Assembly (NCBI GenBank): GCA_963675785.1
Contig: OY776562.1
Span: 1,152,001-1,216,000 of the forward strand
Direction of reading: 5' to 3'
Length of the DNA stretch: 64,000 nucleotides
Source of the DNA: Anaerolineae bacterium
GTDB lineage: Bacteria; Chloroflexota; Anaerolineae; UBA1429
Part shown: piece by piece, positions 10,693-20,335 of the stretch
Position numbering within the stretch: the first letter of the stretch is position 1
How the letters are laid out: every line of letters begins with the position of its first letter
The notes under the pieces: generated by a model
Database searches by the model: none
What the model saw: the letters and a program-made list of their open reading frames with translations, nothing else
What the model was told of the DNA's origin: nothing
Translations under genes and position numbers: made by a program

Positions 10693-11324
10693 TCAATCTC
10701 TCCTGCGGCCCATAGAATGCCGTTATGGAGCAAAGTCTGGAATCCTTCATTGGCATAGGCGACGGCATCGTGCCCCAGCGTGCAGCAGAACACCCGGGCC
10801 AGGCCGTGCATCCGTGTCCAGGCAATCGTGGGCAGGCTCTTGGGATCGTCCGTCGTCACCAGGATGTCGGCAGAGGCATCGACGTTCTGGTGCAGCAAAT
10901 AGGTCTCATCGACAGTGGTCCAATGGCTCAGGCCGCGTGTGATGGGATGGTTAGGATTCGTTACTGTAAGCGAGATGGTGCGATCGTGATAATACTCAAA
11001 GGGCTCGTTTACCAGGCCCATGAGGTCGATCCACGACTGCCAACCGGGGTAGCCAAGCACGGCATGATGTAACACCACAATGCCTTGATCGCGCTGCGAC
11101 AGACTTTCCAAAAAGGCCTTTTCTTTGTCCTCTGGCTTGTACATGGGCATACCGTAAAACACCAATGCGGCATAATCATCCAGGCAGTCGCCTCGGTCAG
11201 CCACCAGATCCTCGATGGTTTGTGGATAAAAGCGAAATGGCTCAAATGTAGCCAGTGTATCTTGCAGGGCGGGCACATCATAGGTATGGCCGCCAACGAT
11301 GAAAGCAACTTTTCTCTGTTCCAT
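10689..11324 (-). CDS. ThuA-like domain protein
   Basis: GGH, VVLHH, HPITRGL, DETY, RVF..LGH. Confidence 0.85.
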   Translation of the reverse strand: MEQRKVAFIVGGHTYDVPALQDTLATFEPFRFYPQTIEDLVADRGDCLDDYAALVFYGMPMYKPEDKEKAFLESLSQRDQGIVVLHHAVLGYPGWQSWIDLMGLVNEPFEYYHDRTISLTVTNPNHPITRGLSHWTTVDETYLLHQNVDASADILVTTDDPKSLPTIAWTRMHGLARVFCCTLGHDAVAYANEGFQTLLHNGILWAAGEIE

Positions 11325-11458
11325 AAACGCACGCCTCCTTTTACCGCGGATATTATGCAGCGACTTGTTCACATTGTCTACACCTCTTGAGGGCTTGACC
11401 TTCTTTCTGAGATGGTTATGCTTCTGTCGAGATGACATTATTGCGCAGGAGGACAACC

Positions 11459-12541
11459 GTGCAGACGTTCGATCAGCAAGTATTATACCGCGCAGGTGCA
11501 GGTGGGTATGCGAGTTATCGCATTCCTGCGCTCATTATGACCGCCTCAGGCACCGTCCTGGCCTTTTGCGAGGCGCGCAAGTATTCATCCAGTGACACGG
11601 ATCAGATCGACACCTATGTGCGTCGCAGCACCGATAACGGCTGCACCTTTGGTCCGCCTATCTTGGTGGCTACCGAAGAGGACATGGTTTGTGGCAACCC
11701 TGCACCTGTTATCGACCAGCGTACCGGGCGTATTGTGCTGCCCCTCACCAAAAACAGCCGTTGGACCGATGAGAACGCCATTCATCGCCGTGAAGGAACG
11801 CGTACCGCTTGGTTGACCTATAGCGATGATGATGGTCTGACTTGGACCGAACCGCGCGAAATTACGGTCCAGGTTTCCAAGCCAGAATGGACCTGGTATG
11901 CCACCGGACCGGGCCATGCTGTTCAGCTCACCCATGGCCCTCACACCGGCAGACTGGTTGTGCCTTGTGATCATGTCGTCTATGGCGATGGTACCCGTAA
12001 TGATGCTTCCTATTCCCACCTCATCTACAGCGATGACGGCGGTGATACCTGGGCCATAGGAGCCATCAGTGACAAAGGTGCCAATGAATCCATCCTTGCT
12101 GAGACCAGCTCAGGGTTGTTATACTGGAATTGTCGTAACCAGCGTACGTATATGGCTGATCTCAATTTCTTCTTCCGCCGTGTGGCCTGGAGCTCTGATA
12201 GTGGTGAGACGGCCTCGCCGCTCATTCGCGACGCGGCCCTTCCTGAATCGATCTGTCAGGCCAGTGCGCTGCCTGTCGTCGTCAATGGGGAACCTGCCTT
12301 GCTCTTTGCCAATCAGGCCAATCCTCAAGAGCGCTCTCAGATGACCGCCCGTTTATCCTGGGATGAGGGTCGTACTTGGCCGGTGAGTCGTATGCTTCAT
12401 TCAGGCTTTTCGGCCTATTGTGATCTCGCCGCGGCTCCCGATGGCACCTTCTTGTGCTTATACGAGTGGGGCGACTCCCAAAAATATGAGGCCATCGTGT
12501 TGGCGCGCTTCAACCTGGACTGGCTGCTTGATGCGCTCTAG
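11459..12541 (+). CDS. Sialidase / BNR-repeat glycoside hydrolase (GH33-like)
   Basis: YRIP motif, Asp-boxes STDNG, SDDDG, SDDGG, SWDEG; SAY; GTG start after GGAGG. Confidence 0.9.
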   Translation: MQTFDQQVLYRAGAGGYASYRIPALIMTASGTVLAFCEARKYSSSDTDQIDTYVRRSTDNGCTFGPPILVATEEDMVCGNPAPVIDQRTGRIVLPLTKNSRWTDENAIHRREGTRTAWLTYSDDDGLTWTEPREITVQVSKPEWTWYATGPGHAVQLTHGPHTGRLVVPCDHVVYGDGTRNDASYSHLIYSDDGGDTWAIGAISDKGANESILAETSSGLLYWNCRNQRTYMADLNFFFRRVAWSSDSGETASPLIRDAALPESICQASALPVVVNGEPALLFANQANPQERSQMTARLSWDEGRTWPVSRMLHSGFSAYCDLAAAPDGTFLCLYEWGDSQKYEAIVLARFNLDWLLDAL

Positions 12542-12565
12542 GCAATGGCATTAGGAGGAACTCGA

Positions 12566-13906
12566 ATGGCCCAAAAACCGAATATCCTCTTCTTTTTCAC
12601 CGATGACCAGCGTTTCGATACGTTGCATGGTCTGGGCAATCCCGAGATTCAGACACCCAATATGGATCGATTAGTCCATGAGGGCACGTCCTTCTCTGAT
12701 GCCTACATCATGGGCGGTTCCTGTCCCGCCGTCTGTATGCCCAGCCGGGCCATGCTTATGACCGGGCGCACCCTCTATCATTTGGATGATTGCGGGCAAG
12801 GGATCCCGCCCGAGCATGAACTATTGGGCGAGACACTGCGCCGTGCTGGCTATCGCACCTTTGGCACCGGCAAGTGGCACAATGGCACGGCTAGCTATGC
12901 GCGTTCCTTTACCGATGGCGCCAGCATCTTTTTCGGTGGCATGAACGATCATTGGCGTGTTCCCGTGGCTGATTACGATCCCTCAGGCGAATACCCCGAA
13001 TCGGCCCGTTACCAGCATGAGGGTGTGCATTCCAGCGATTTGTTCTGTGGCGAGGCGGCGCGTTTCATCCGTGAATACGATGATGAGCGTCCTTTCTTTG
13101 CCTATGTGTCCTTCATGGCGCCTCATGATCCTCGCGAGACCCATCAACGCTACCATGATCTCTATGATCCGGAGCATATTGAACTGCCGCCCAACTTCTT
13201 GTCCGAGCATCCCTTTGACAATGGTGAGTTGCGTGTGCGCGACGAGCTGTTGGCTGGCTTTCCCCGTGATCCAGAAGAGATCAAACACCACATCGCCGAA
13301 TACTATGCCATGATCACCCATGCCGATGCCCAAATGGGCGTGGTAATGGATGCCTTGCGTGAACGCGGTCTTTACGAGAATACGATCATTCTCTTTGCCG
13401 GTGATAACGGCCTGGCTCTGGGTCAGCACGGTCTCATGGGCAAGCAAAGCTGCTATGACCATAGCGTGCATGTGCCCTTGGTGATGGCGGGTCCTGGCAT
13501 TCCGGTAGGCCAATCGTGCGATGTGCTCTGCTATCTGTTGGATATCTATCCCACGCTGTGCGACCTGGTCGATGTAGCCATTCCCATGAGTGTGGAAGGG
13601 ATGAGCTTATTGCCAGCCATAGAGTCCTGCGAATCGGGGCGTGAGAGCTTGTTCTTTGGCTATCGCGATCTGCACCGGGCTGTGCGTGAGCGCCGTTGGA
13701 AGCTCATCGAGTACGTTGTGCAGGGGCAGCGCACCACGCAGTTATTCGATCTGGAGAATGACCCTTACGAGATGGATAATCTCGCCGATAAACCAGAGCA
13801 GCAGAGAACACTCAAGCGTTTGCGCACAAGGCTGATGAACTGGCGTAGAGACTTGGGCGATGACAGGGAACGCGAAGCCGCCTTTTGGCACGGCTATACG
13901 GATTAG
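12566..13906 (+). CDS. Sulfatase (formylglycine-dependent)
   Basis: PNILFFFTDDQR, CMPSR, GKWH, GDNG. Confidence 0.94.
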   Translation: MAQKPNILFFFTDDQRFDTLHGLGNPEIQTPNMDRLVHEGTSFSDAYIMGGSCPAVCMPSRAMLMTGRTLYHLDDCGQGIPPEHELLGETLRRAGYRTFGTGKWHNGTASYARSFTDGASIFFGGMNDHWRVPVADYDPSGEYPESARYQHEGVHSSDLFCGEAARFIREYDDERPFFAYVSFMAPHDPRETHQRYHDLYDPEHIELPPNFLSEHPFDNGELRVRDELLAGFPRDPEEIKHHIAEYYAMITHADAQMGVVMDALRERGLYENTIILFAGDNGLALGQHGLMGKQSCYDHSVHVPLVMAGPGIPVGQSCDVLCYLLDIYPTLCDLVDVAIPMSVEGMSLLPAIESCESGRESLFFGYRDLHRAVRERRWKLIEYVVQGQRTTQLFDLENDPYEMDNLADKPEQQRTLKRLRTRLMNWRRDLGDDREREAAFWHGYTD

Positions 13907-13928
13907 AGATATTGTTGGAGGAAGCAAA

Positions 13929-14828
13929 GTGAGTCCATTTATCGAGGCACAAAAGATTCGGGTGGGTACGCTGGTACGATGTAACGACCCCATGCCGGCT
14001 GACCGTTACATCGCGCAGATCATGCCTCACGGCTTTGAGTGCTTTGGGCTCTTTTTCTGGGCAACTTGCGAGGGTTTTGACTGGGATGGCCAGGCTGAGG
14101 CCGTTACGCGCACGCTAGAGGGCACAGGAACGGTGATTTCGTCCCTCGGCTTTTACGGCAATCCTGTGGCCGATCCCTCTCAGATTGCCTATGTGCAAGC
14201 CTGCATCGATAACGCCCGCCGCTTTGGCACCGATTTGATCACCGGCTTTACCGGTCGCCCGGTGGATGTGCCCATCGACAAGGGTATGCCCGAGATAGCC
14301 CGCGTTTGGAAGCCGTTGCTTCAGCGCGCCGCCGATCAGGGCGTGCGCATTGCCTTTGAGAATTGCCAAATGGGTGGCGATTGGAACCGAGGCGATTGGA
14401 ACGCGGCCCACTCACCGGACGCCTGGGAGCTCTTGTTTGAGGCCTTGCCCTACGAGAACATGGGCCTCTGCTGGGAGCCTTGCCATCAGATGGTGGCCCT
14501 CATCGACCCCCTGGAAGAACTCAAAGAATGGGTGCCTCGGGTGTTCTCTGTTCATGGCAAAGATGCCACCATTCACTGGGATATCATTCGGAAATACGGC
14601 ATCTACGGCCCCAGGCAGTTTGTCTATCATCGCACGCCCGGCTTTGGCGATTCCAACTGGACCGACATCATCAGCGTGCTCCGTGCCAGTGGTTTTGAGG
14701 GCAACATCGAGATCGAGGGCTGGCACGATCCCGTCTATCGCGACGAACTAGAGATGACCGGGCAGGTCCATGCCCTCAATTACCTCAAGCAGTGTCGCGG
14801 CGGTGATTTTGTCGCCAATCCTAGTTAA
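13929..14828 (+). CDS. Sugar phosphate isomerase/epimerase (TIM barrel)
   Basis: IAFENC, WEPCH, VHGKD, RTPGFGD, IEIEG. Confidence 0.88.
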   Translation: MSPFIEAQKIRVGTLVRCNDPMPADRYIAQIMPHGFECFGLFFWATCEGFDWDGQAEAVTRTLEGTGTVISSLGFYGNPVADPSQIAYVQACIDNARRFGTDLITGFTGRPVDVPIDKGMPEIARVWKPLLQRAADQGVRIAFENCQMGGDWNRGDWNAAHSPDAWELLFEALPYENMGLCWEPCHQMVALIDPLEELKEWVPRVFSVHGKDATIHWDIIRKYGIYGPRQFVYHRTPGFGDSNWTDIISVLRASGFEGNIEIEGWHDPVYRDELEMTGQVHALNYLKQCRGGDFVANPS

Positions 14829-14845
14829 GCCTTTTCTACAAAAGA

Positions 14846-14875
14846 AAACAGGGAGAGCATCTGCTCTCCCTGTTT
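14846..14875. terminator. Intrinsic terminator
   Basis: AAACAGGGAGAGCA-TC-TGCTCTCCCTGTTT. Confidence 0.75.
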
Positions 14876-14955
14876 CATGATAACGAACTGACTATTGAAG
14901 ACTACCGCGCAATCGTATAGCATAAGAATCAGCTGACGATACCGGGGGAAAAATC

Positions 14956-15915
14956 ATACCTAAATTCGAACTAGCTCCGTACAAGGGCGCTGAACATGGC
15001 AATTTTCAACAAGAGTGGGGACTTCACAGAGGCTGTTCGGATTGGTGGTATGCCACTGGGTATCTGCACGACGAGGCCGGGCACCTGTATTCATTCCAGC
15101 TTACGGTTTTCCGTGTCAAGGCATACTTGATCTATCCCTACGTCGTCATGCTGTCACTGACGGATTTTACCAAGGACAAGCACTACTTTTTCCACGATTT
15201 TCAACTCCGCGCCAAGGGCATTGTCATTGAGCCAGATACCATCGAGTTTCGCAATCTAGTCCGGATACACAAGGGGGAAAAGGAAATGACCCTTGCTGTT
15301 CGGCACAAGCATTTTTCTCTTGATCTAAAGCTCGACTATGGCAAAGGTGCTGTCTGGCACTGCGATGACGGACTGTTGCAGATGGGTATCCCGCACAAAA
15401 AAGAGACGACGATCTACTATTCCTATCCCAATATGCAAACCTCCGGTGCCATGACCCTGAACGATAAAACGCTTCCTGTTTCTGGCAAGGCCTGGTTTGA
15501 TAGGCAGGGTGGTCCTTACAACATGTTCAAAACCTTAACCCATTGGGAGTGGTTCTCACTTCGCTTCTTTGATGATGAAGAAATGATGCTCTTTTCTTTT
15601 CCCCAGACAGGACATCAGGATGGAACCTATATCGACAAGTACGGACAATCCACACGCCTGACGGACTATACTCTTACCCCCAGGGAGTTCATGATGAGCC
15701 CCGAGCCGCTCCGATATTCGTCCAAATGGGAACTCACCATTCCTGGGTTCAAAGAAGAACATTACACCATCCTTCCTCTCTCCAACCTGCAGTTCAATCT
15801 CAACTACTATGAGCTGTTGGCGGGCATACATAACCGCAACAACGAACGGGTAGGAATGTGTTTTGTTGAACTGCTCCCCGGTGCGCGCAACAAAAGGTAT
15901 TCGATAACCATCTAG
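14956..15915 (+). CDS. AttH/CrtC-like lipocalin-fold protein, apparent ATA start
   Basis: Frame open from 14926; DWWYATGYL.D..G..YSFQLTVFR lies upstream of the first canonical start (15127); YYSYP, GKAWFDRQ, WEWFSL. Confidence 0.7.
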   Translation: MPKFELAPYKGAEHGNFQQEWGLHRGCSDWWYATGYLHDEAGHLYSFQLTVFRVKAYLIYPYVVMLSLTDFTKDKHYFFHDFQLRAKGIVIEPDTIEFRNLVRIHKGEKEMTLAVRHKHFSLDLKLDYGKGAVWHCDDGLLQMGIPHKKETTIYYSYPNMQTSGAMTLNDKTLPVSGKAWFDRQGGPYNMFKTLTHWEWFSLRFFDDEEMMLFSFPQTGHQDGTYIDKYGQSTRLTDYTLTPREFMMSPEPLRYSSKWELTIPGFKEEHYTILPLSNLQFNLNYYELLAGIHNRNNERVGMCFVELLPGARNKRYSITI

Positions 15916-15993
15916 CGCTCTACTAGAAGCTTGCTATGATGCAAGCAGTTCGTGGCAGCGTTGCATCGTTAGTCTAGCTAGTGGCACGCTAGC

Positions 15994-16033
15994 AAAAAAA
16001 GAGCAAGGTGCATCATTTGATGCACCTTGCTTT
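15994..16033. terminator. Bidirectional intrinsic terminator
   Basis: A-run, AGCAAGGTGCATCA-TT-TGATGCACCTTGCT between convergent genes. Confidence 0.8.
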
Positions 16034-16106
16034 CTGCAATCTTGCAAGTCTGCTTCATTCGCAAGAGTTAATTCACTCTCAGCAGGTTTCTAGAGTCCGA
16101 ATCTTA

Positions 16107-16790
16107 TCAAGTTTCATCTACCCGCCCATATAAATAAGCCTTGCCCCGTTTCCCCACGCGCTCCAGGGCCCCTGCCTTATACAGCGTATAAGCCATGCGC
16201 CCTGCCAGCCGATTGCGAATGCCCGCGGCTTTGGCCAGTGCACTCACAGAAAAGGGATCGTCCAGCGTGGGGGGTAGTAGGGAAGCCAGATCGTTTGGAG
16301 AGGCAAAACGCCGCGATTCGAGCACTTGAACGAGTTCCTGCCCAACGATGCTGATGCCCTTGCGCCGCCAGCTTCCCTGGCCGTCGTTGCACCGCAGTTC
16401 GCGCCTTTCCACCAGCACCAGCTCTAGCTCGAAATTAGGATGTTTGAGCAATTTGGGGATGTAAACCAACTCGCCAAAGGCATCGAGATAACTTTCCTTT
16501 TTAGGCGAACGTCGCTCCCACAAGATTTCATCGCCTTCGGCGGCATAACAGCGCAGCCACTTTCGCGCCGAACGCGGATGTACCAGGCGCACCGGGTGCT
16601 CCTCCACCAATCGCTCCAGCTTGGGCCGTATTGCGCCCAACGAGCTCGTCTGCACCTCGATCAGCGTCTCGCCGCGCACCGCATCGATCACGCTGCCGTC
16701 CATCTCCACCTCGATGCGTCCCGTATCGCCAGCGGCCCATGCCACCAGTGCCCGATGCAAGTCGGTCTGCGCTCGCGTGCCAATGCCCAC
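16107..16790 (-). CDS. Hypothetical protein, PD-(D/E)XK-like N-terminus with possible C-terminal wHTH
   Basis: LH..L, IDAVRG..LIEVQT; start uncertain (16790 GTG or 16889). Confidence 0.6.
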   Translation of the reverse strand: MGIGTRAQTDLHRALVAWAAGDTGRIEVEMDGSVIDAVRGETLIEVQTSSLGAIRPKLERLVEEHPVRLVHPRSARKWLRCYAAEGDEILWERRSPKKESYLDAFGELVYIPKLLKHPNFELELVLVERRELRCNDGQGSWRRKGISIVGQELVQVLESRRFASPNDLASLLPPTLDDPFSVSALAKAAGIRNRLAGRMAYTLYKAGALERVGKRGKAYLYGRVDET

Positions 16791-17005
16791 AGTCTCCACG
16801 CGCTCTTGGTAACCGGTTCGCGTCCCTTGATCGCTATTCTGCGGTTCTGGGCAGCTAGCTTGCGGCTCGGGCTCAATACGGTAGCTCAAAACAGTCTCCC
16901 GTCCAGTGTTTTGTCCTATACTCAGTATGCTTTCTTAACAATCGCAAAAAATGGGCGCTTTTGCCCTTCCAAAATGCTCTTTTGTCAGTATACTCTCTGC
17001 TGCTT

Positions 17006-20000
17006 TTAGCGCCACAAACACAGCGACTCGACATAATCCTTTGAGCCGTCGCGGTACCACCCATCGCGTTGGGCCTGCTCTTTGAGCTGCTGCCCCCTGT
17101 TGCGATCGACGTGCAAGTAAAGCGGCTGTACCTCAGGCAAGCCGGTCATGTCACCCCAGAGCTTTTCATACTGCGCCACCGGATACACATCCTCCTGGCC
17201 GTGCCCCCAACGTTTCTTCACATCCTTGAGGGTGATGTAGGTAGGCACGCGGCGGGCCATAGTGCGCACAGCCCGGCGCACCAGCTGGGCGTCACCCAGG
17301 GTTTCGCGATCAAGGCCAAACAGCCTGAGCAAGGCATCAACATTCAGCCAAAAGGTGTTGGTGTTGTAATAGGTGAGCTGGAACTCGACCTCTTCACGGG
17401 GCATGGCCAATCCCTCGACCAGGCGCAGCTTGCCGTTTACGCGAGCCAAACCGCCGCCGCGGTCGTGCACCAGCCGTGGAATGACCTCCACGGCCCAATC
17501 GGCTTGCTGCTCCAGCAGTGTACCTACAATCTCGGCGTCGACGTTGGTGCCCACCGTGTCGATGTTGTGCACCATGAGGTACTGCACCGTGGGGTGTTCC
17601 TGCAAAAGCTGGTTGAGCGTGCCGCTGAGCAGCAGATTGGGCACTTCGTACCAGTGGCCCACGGGATTGATGCATTGCAGCGGCAGGTTATCCTGATAGT
17701 CCGTGCCTTCCCCCATGGCACGGGCCCAGGCAATAAGGGCGTTATGCTGGCTATCACGTACTTTTTGGGCCTGCTCGTCCAAGAGCTGCTGGGGCATCTC
17801 TTCCCAGGCAAAGCGCAAATCGCGCGTCATGGGGATGAGCCGCAGCCCCACCGATTGCCCCCGCGAGAGGTAGAGGGGGCCGTCATAACCATAGTTCTGC
17901 TCACGCTCGAGGGTGGCACTGATAGCCGGGTGGGTGAGATAGCTGGTGGTGATGATATGCGGCACAGCACAGGCGGCCAGTTCAGCCGTTTGGCGGCTTT
18001 TAGCCAAATGCACCTCGATAAAGGAGCGGTGCCGCGAAGCATCTTCACTACTGCCAAAGCGGCAGAACGGCGAAAGTGCCTTGACCACACCTGCCCCCTG
18101 GGTCCAGCGGCTGCCCACGCCACCCGCCAGGGTTACCACGGCGACGGACTGGTTATGCAGGGCTTGTAGGCCAAGCGCCCTGAGCGAAGCAGACTTTTCG
18201 CCGCCGATTTCTAGAACATCGCCCTCACGTACATCGGTGATCTGAGTGTTCACAGGCAATCGATTCTGGGCCAGGCCAATGCGCCCCTGCTGCAGGTCTT
18301 GCCTCAGAACGCGATGTCCTTCTTCATCAAAGCCCAATTCGTGCAACAGGTTGTCGAGTTCTCCGGGATGTTGGCCCTGGTTGGCCGCTGGTTTGTATGA
18401 TTCGGCCAAAGACTGCATCATGGCGGCCAGTTTTTCCTGCGGAGCCTTGTGGCGCGCGTAATAAGCCAGCTCGTTACGGCGGACATCGGTAGCGGCTTCA
18501 CGACCACTAAGCACGCCGGGGCTGGTAATGTCATAGTAGCGATTGGGCAGCAGAGCCTGTTGGCCACGATAGATCTCGCCCATGGTGCCATAGTCGTTGA
18601 TGCTCATATCATAGACCACGGGATCCATGGCAAAAGACAGGGCCTGCTCCAATTCTCTCTTGAGCCCCAGCATGATGCCGCCCAGCTCTTCCTGGGCTTG
18701 CAGGCGCACTTTGGGATCGACGATAAAGCCCATGCCACCGCCAGACATACCGCCGAGCATCCAGAATCCCCAGTAATCGGCGCCAAAACGCGCTTTGACG
18801 CGGGCGATCAACTCTTCGGTGTAGAGGTTGGAGGCCCAGGGGATGATATCCTGAATAGGGCTGGCAAAGTTGTGCGCAGTCGCCTGGCCCAGGCCGCGGA
18901 TGTCACCGCGTTCGAGGTGACCGACGATGCTATCAAAGAGGGACATGGCTTGCTGACGTGCTTTCCACTCTTTATGGCTGCGCAGCAAATAGCGTTCGGT
19001 AACCATCTCTAAAATGGGGCCAACATTCTGTGCCATGCCGCCGTGCACCAGCACCAGGCTGTCTTGCAGGGCTTGGCGAGCGGATTCTGGCACGCGATCG
19101 CGCCCTAGAATGGTGTGTTGAGGCAACAAGCAACCACGACTGGTGCCATACTCGGGATCACCCTCGGCTGCACGCACGCCCTCGATAAGTTTAATGCCCG
19201 GCCAGACGCCACCGGAATCCTGCCAACCGCCACCGGAGCCGCCTAACCATTCGCCCAGAATGGCCCGAGCAGCTACTGTGCGACGCTCGCCATCTTGCAG
19301 GCCGCCGCGCAGATTGACGGTTTGGCCCGTGGCGCGCATACAGGTGGTGATAATGGCCGCCAACAAGTTGGTGGAGACGGCCAAGCGTGAGCCTTTGGGG
19401 ATATCGCGGACGCGCGAAACCAGCTCGATGCCCTTTCCGGGGCCGACCAGTTGCACCAGTAACTCGGAGAGAGGCTGTTCAGCGCCCTCGATGCCGGGAG
19501 GTACGATGCCAGCGGCGATGATGCCTGCCTTGAGCAGGCCCAAATAGTCGCGTGCATAATCAAATATCTCGTCCAGACTGGTGATGTCGGCGCGTGCACC
19601 CAGATCTACGCAGCACAGGCGGATGAGGGGTTCATCAATGACGCGCAAATAAGCCTCGACGGGCGGTGCGGCAATGGGGTCGCGGCCGTGCACGCCAAGA
19701 TCGATGGAGACGTTGAGCACCCGGGCACCTTCAGGATAATCCATGCCCAGGAAAAAGATGTCGCTCCAACCACTGTGACTCAGATCCATGCGTACTGGTG
19801 TGCGCTCTACCAACAGCGGATAGAGGCCCGTTTCTGCATCGCGCTGGAGCATCTCGGGGCGAAAGCGGAGAGGATGATCGAGCGGGTGGCCCATGCGAAA
19901 TATCCACTGATTGCCGCGTACCGAGCGCACGCTCTTTTTCACCTGATTGGCCAGATGCTGAAAACCGAGAGCGTGATAGGCCTCGGCCAGCGCACTGGAG

Positions 20001-20335
20001 AGCGCGTCCGAAGGGCCATTGGCCGCTTGAGCCGCCAGCAGCGTATCAATGGATTCTTCAAAGCGCCGCTCGAGAAGATAGGTATAACTATCAAAGGGAA
20101 TGTGGGTGGTCGCATTGCCCAGTGTTCCCTCCAAGCGAAAGCGATGCAGCGCATAGAGGAAAAAGCAGGCGCGAACCCGCTCGTACAGGTTGCTTGCTTG
20201 ACGGCGAAAGGCGTCCAGGGCAGCGCATTCTGCTAAAAGCTGCTTCGTCGTCAGACCCTGACAGACTTGTTCCAGGGGAGTGTTACGCACAGCAGGGTTT
20301 TGCGCAGTGATGATTTCGACGAGGCGGCTGGTCAT
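17006..20335 (-). CDS. Fusion of GHMP-family sugar kinase and UDP-sugar pyrophosphorylase-like domain
   Basis: PVRMDLSHSGWSD, IPKGSRLAVS, GGGWQD, GGMSGGG; C-terminal TLAGGVGSRW, PVGH, HNID. Confidence 0.85.
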   Translation of the reverse strand: MTSRLVEIITAQNPAVRNTPLEQVCQGLTTKQLLAECAALDAFRRQASNLYERVRACFFLYALHRFRLEGTLGNATTHIPFDSYTYLLERRFEESIDTLLAAQAANGPSDALSSALAEAYHALGFQHLANQVKKSVRSVRGNQWIFRMGHPLDHPLRFRPEMLQRDAETGLYPLLVERTPVRMDLSHSGWSDIFFLGMDYPEGARVLNVSIDLGVHGRDPIAAPPVEAYLRVIDEPLIRLCCVDLGARADITSLDEIFDYARDYLGLLKAGIIAAGIVPPGIEGAEQPLSELLVQLVGPGKGIELVSRVRDIPKGSRLAVSTNLLAAIITTCMRATGQTVNLRGGLQDGERRTVAARAILGEWLGGSGGGWQDSGGVWPGIKLIEGVRAAEGDPEYGTSRGCLLPQHTILGRDRVPESARQALQDSLVLVHGGMAQNVGPILEMVTERYLLRSHKEWKARQQAMSLFDSIVGHLERGDIRGLGQATAHNFASPIQDIIPWASNLYTEELIARVKARFGADYWGFWMLGGMSGGGMGFIVDPKVRLQAQEELGGIMLGLKRELEQALSFAMDPVVYDMSINDYGTMGEIYRGQQALLPNRYYDITSPGVLSGREAATDVRRNELAYYARHKAPQEKLAAMMQSLAESYKPAANQGQHPGELDNLLHELGFDEEGHRVLRQDLQQGRIGLAQNRLPVNTQITDVREGDVLEIGGEKSASLRALGLQALHNQSVAVVTLAGGVGSRWTQGAGVVKALSPFCRFGSSEDASRHRSFIEVHLAKSRQTAELAACAVPHIITTSYLTHPAISATLEREQNYGYDGPLYLSRGQSVGLRLIPMTRDLRFAWEEMPQQLLDEQAQKVRDSQHNALIAWARAMGEGTDYQDNLPLQCINPVGHWYEVPNLLLSGTLNQLLQEHPTVQYLMVHNIDTVGTNVDAEIVGTLLEQQADWAVEVIPRLVHDRGGGLARVNGKLRLVEGLAMPREEVEFQLTYYNTNTFWLNVDALLRLFGLDRETLGDAQLVRRAVRTMARRVPTYITLKDVKKRWGHGQEDVYPVAQYEKLWGDMTGLPEVQPLYLHVDRNRGQQLKEQAQRDGWYRDGSKDYVESLCLWR

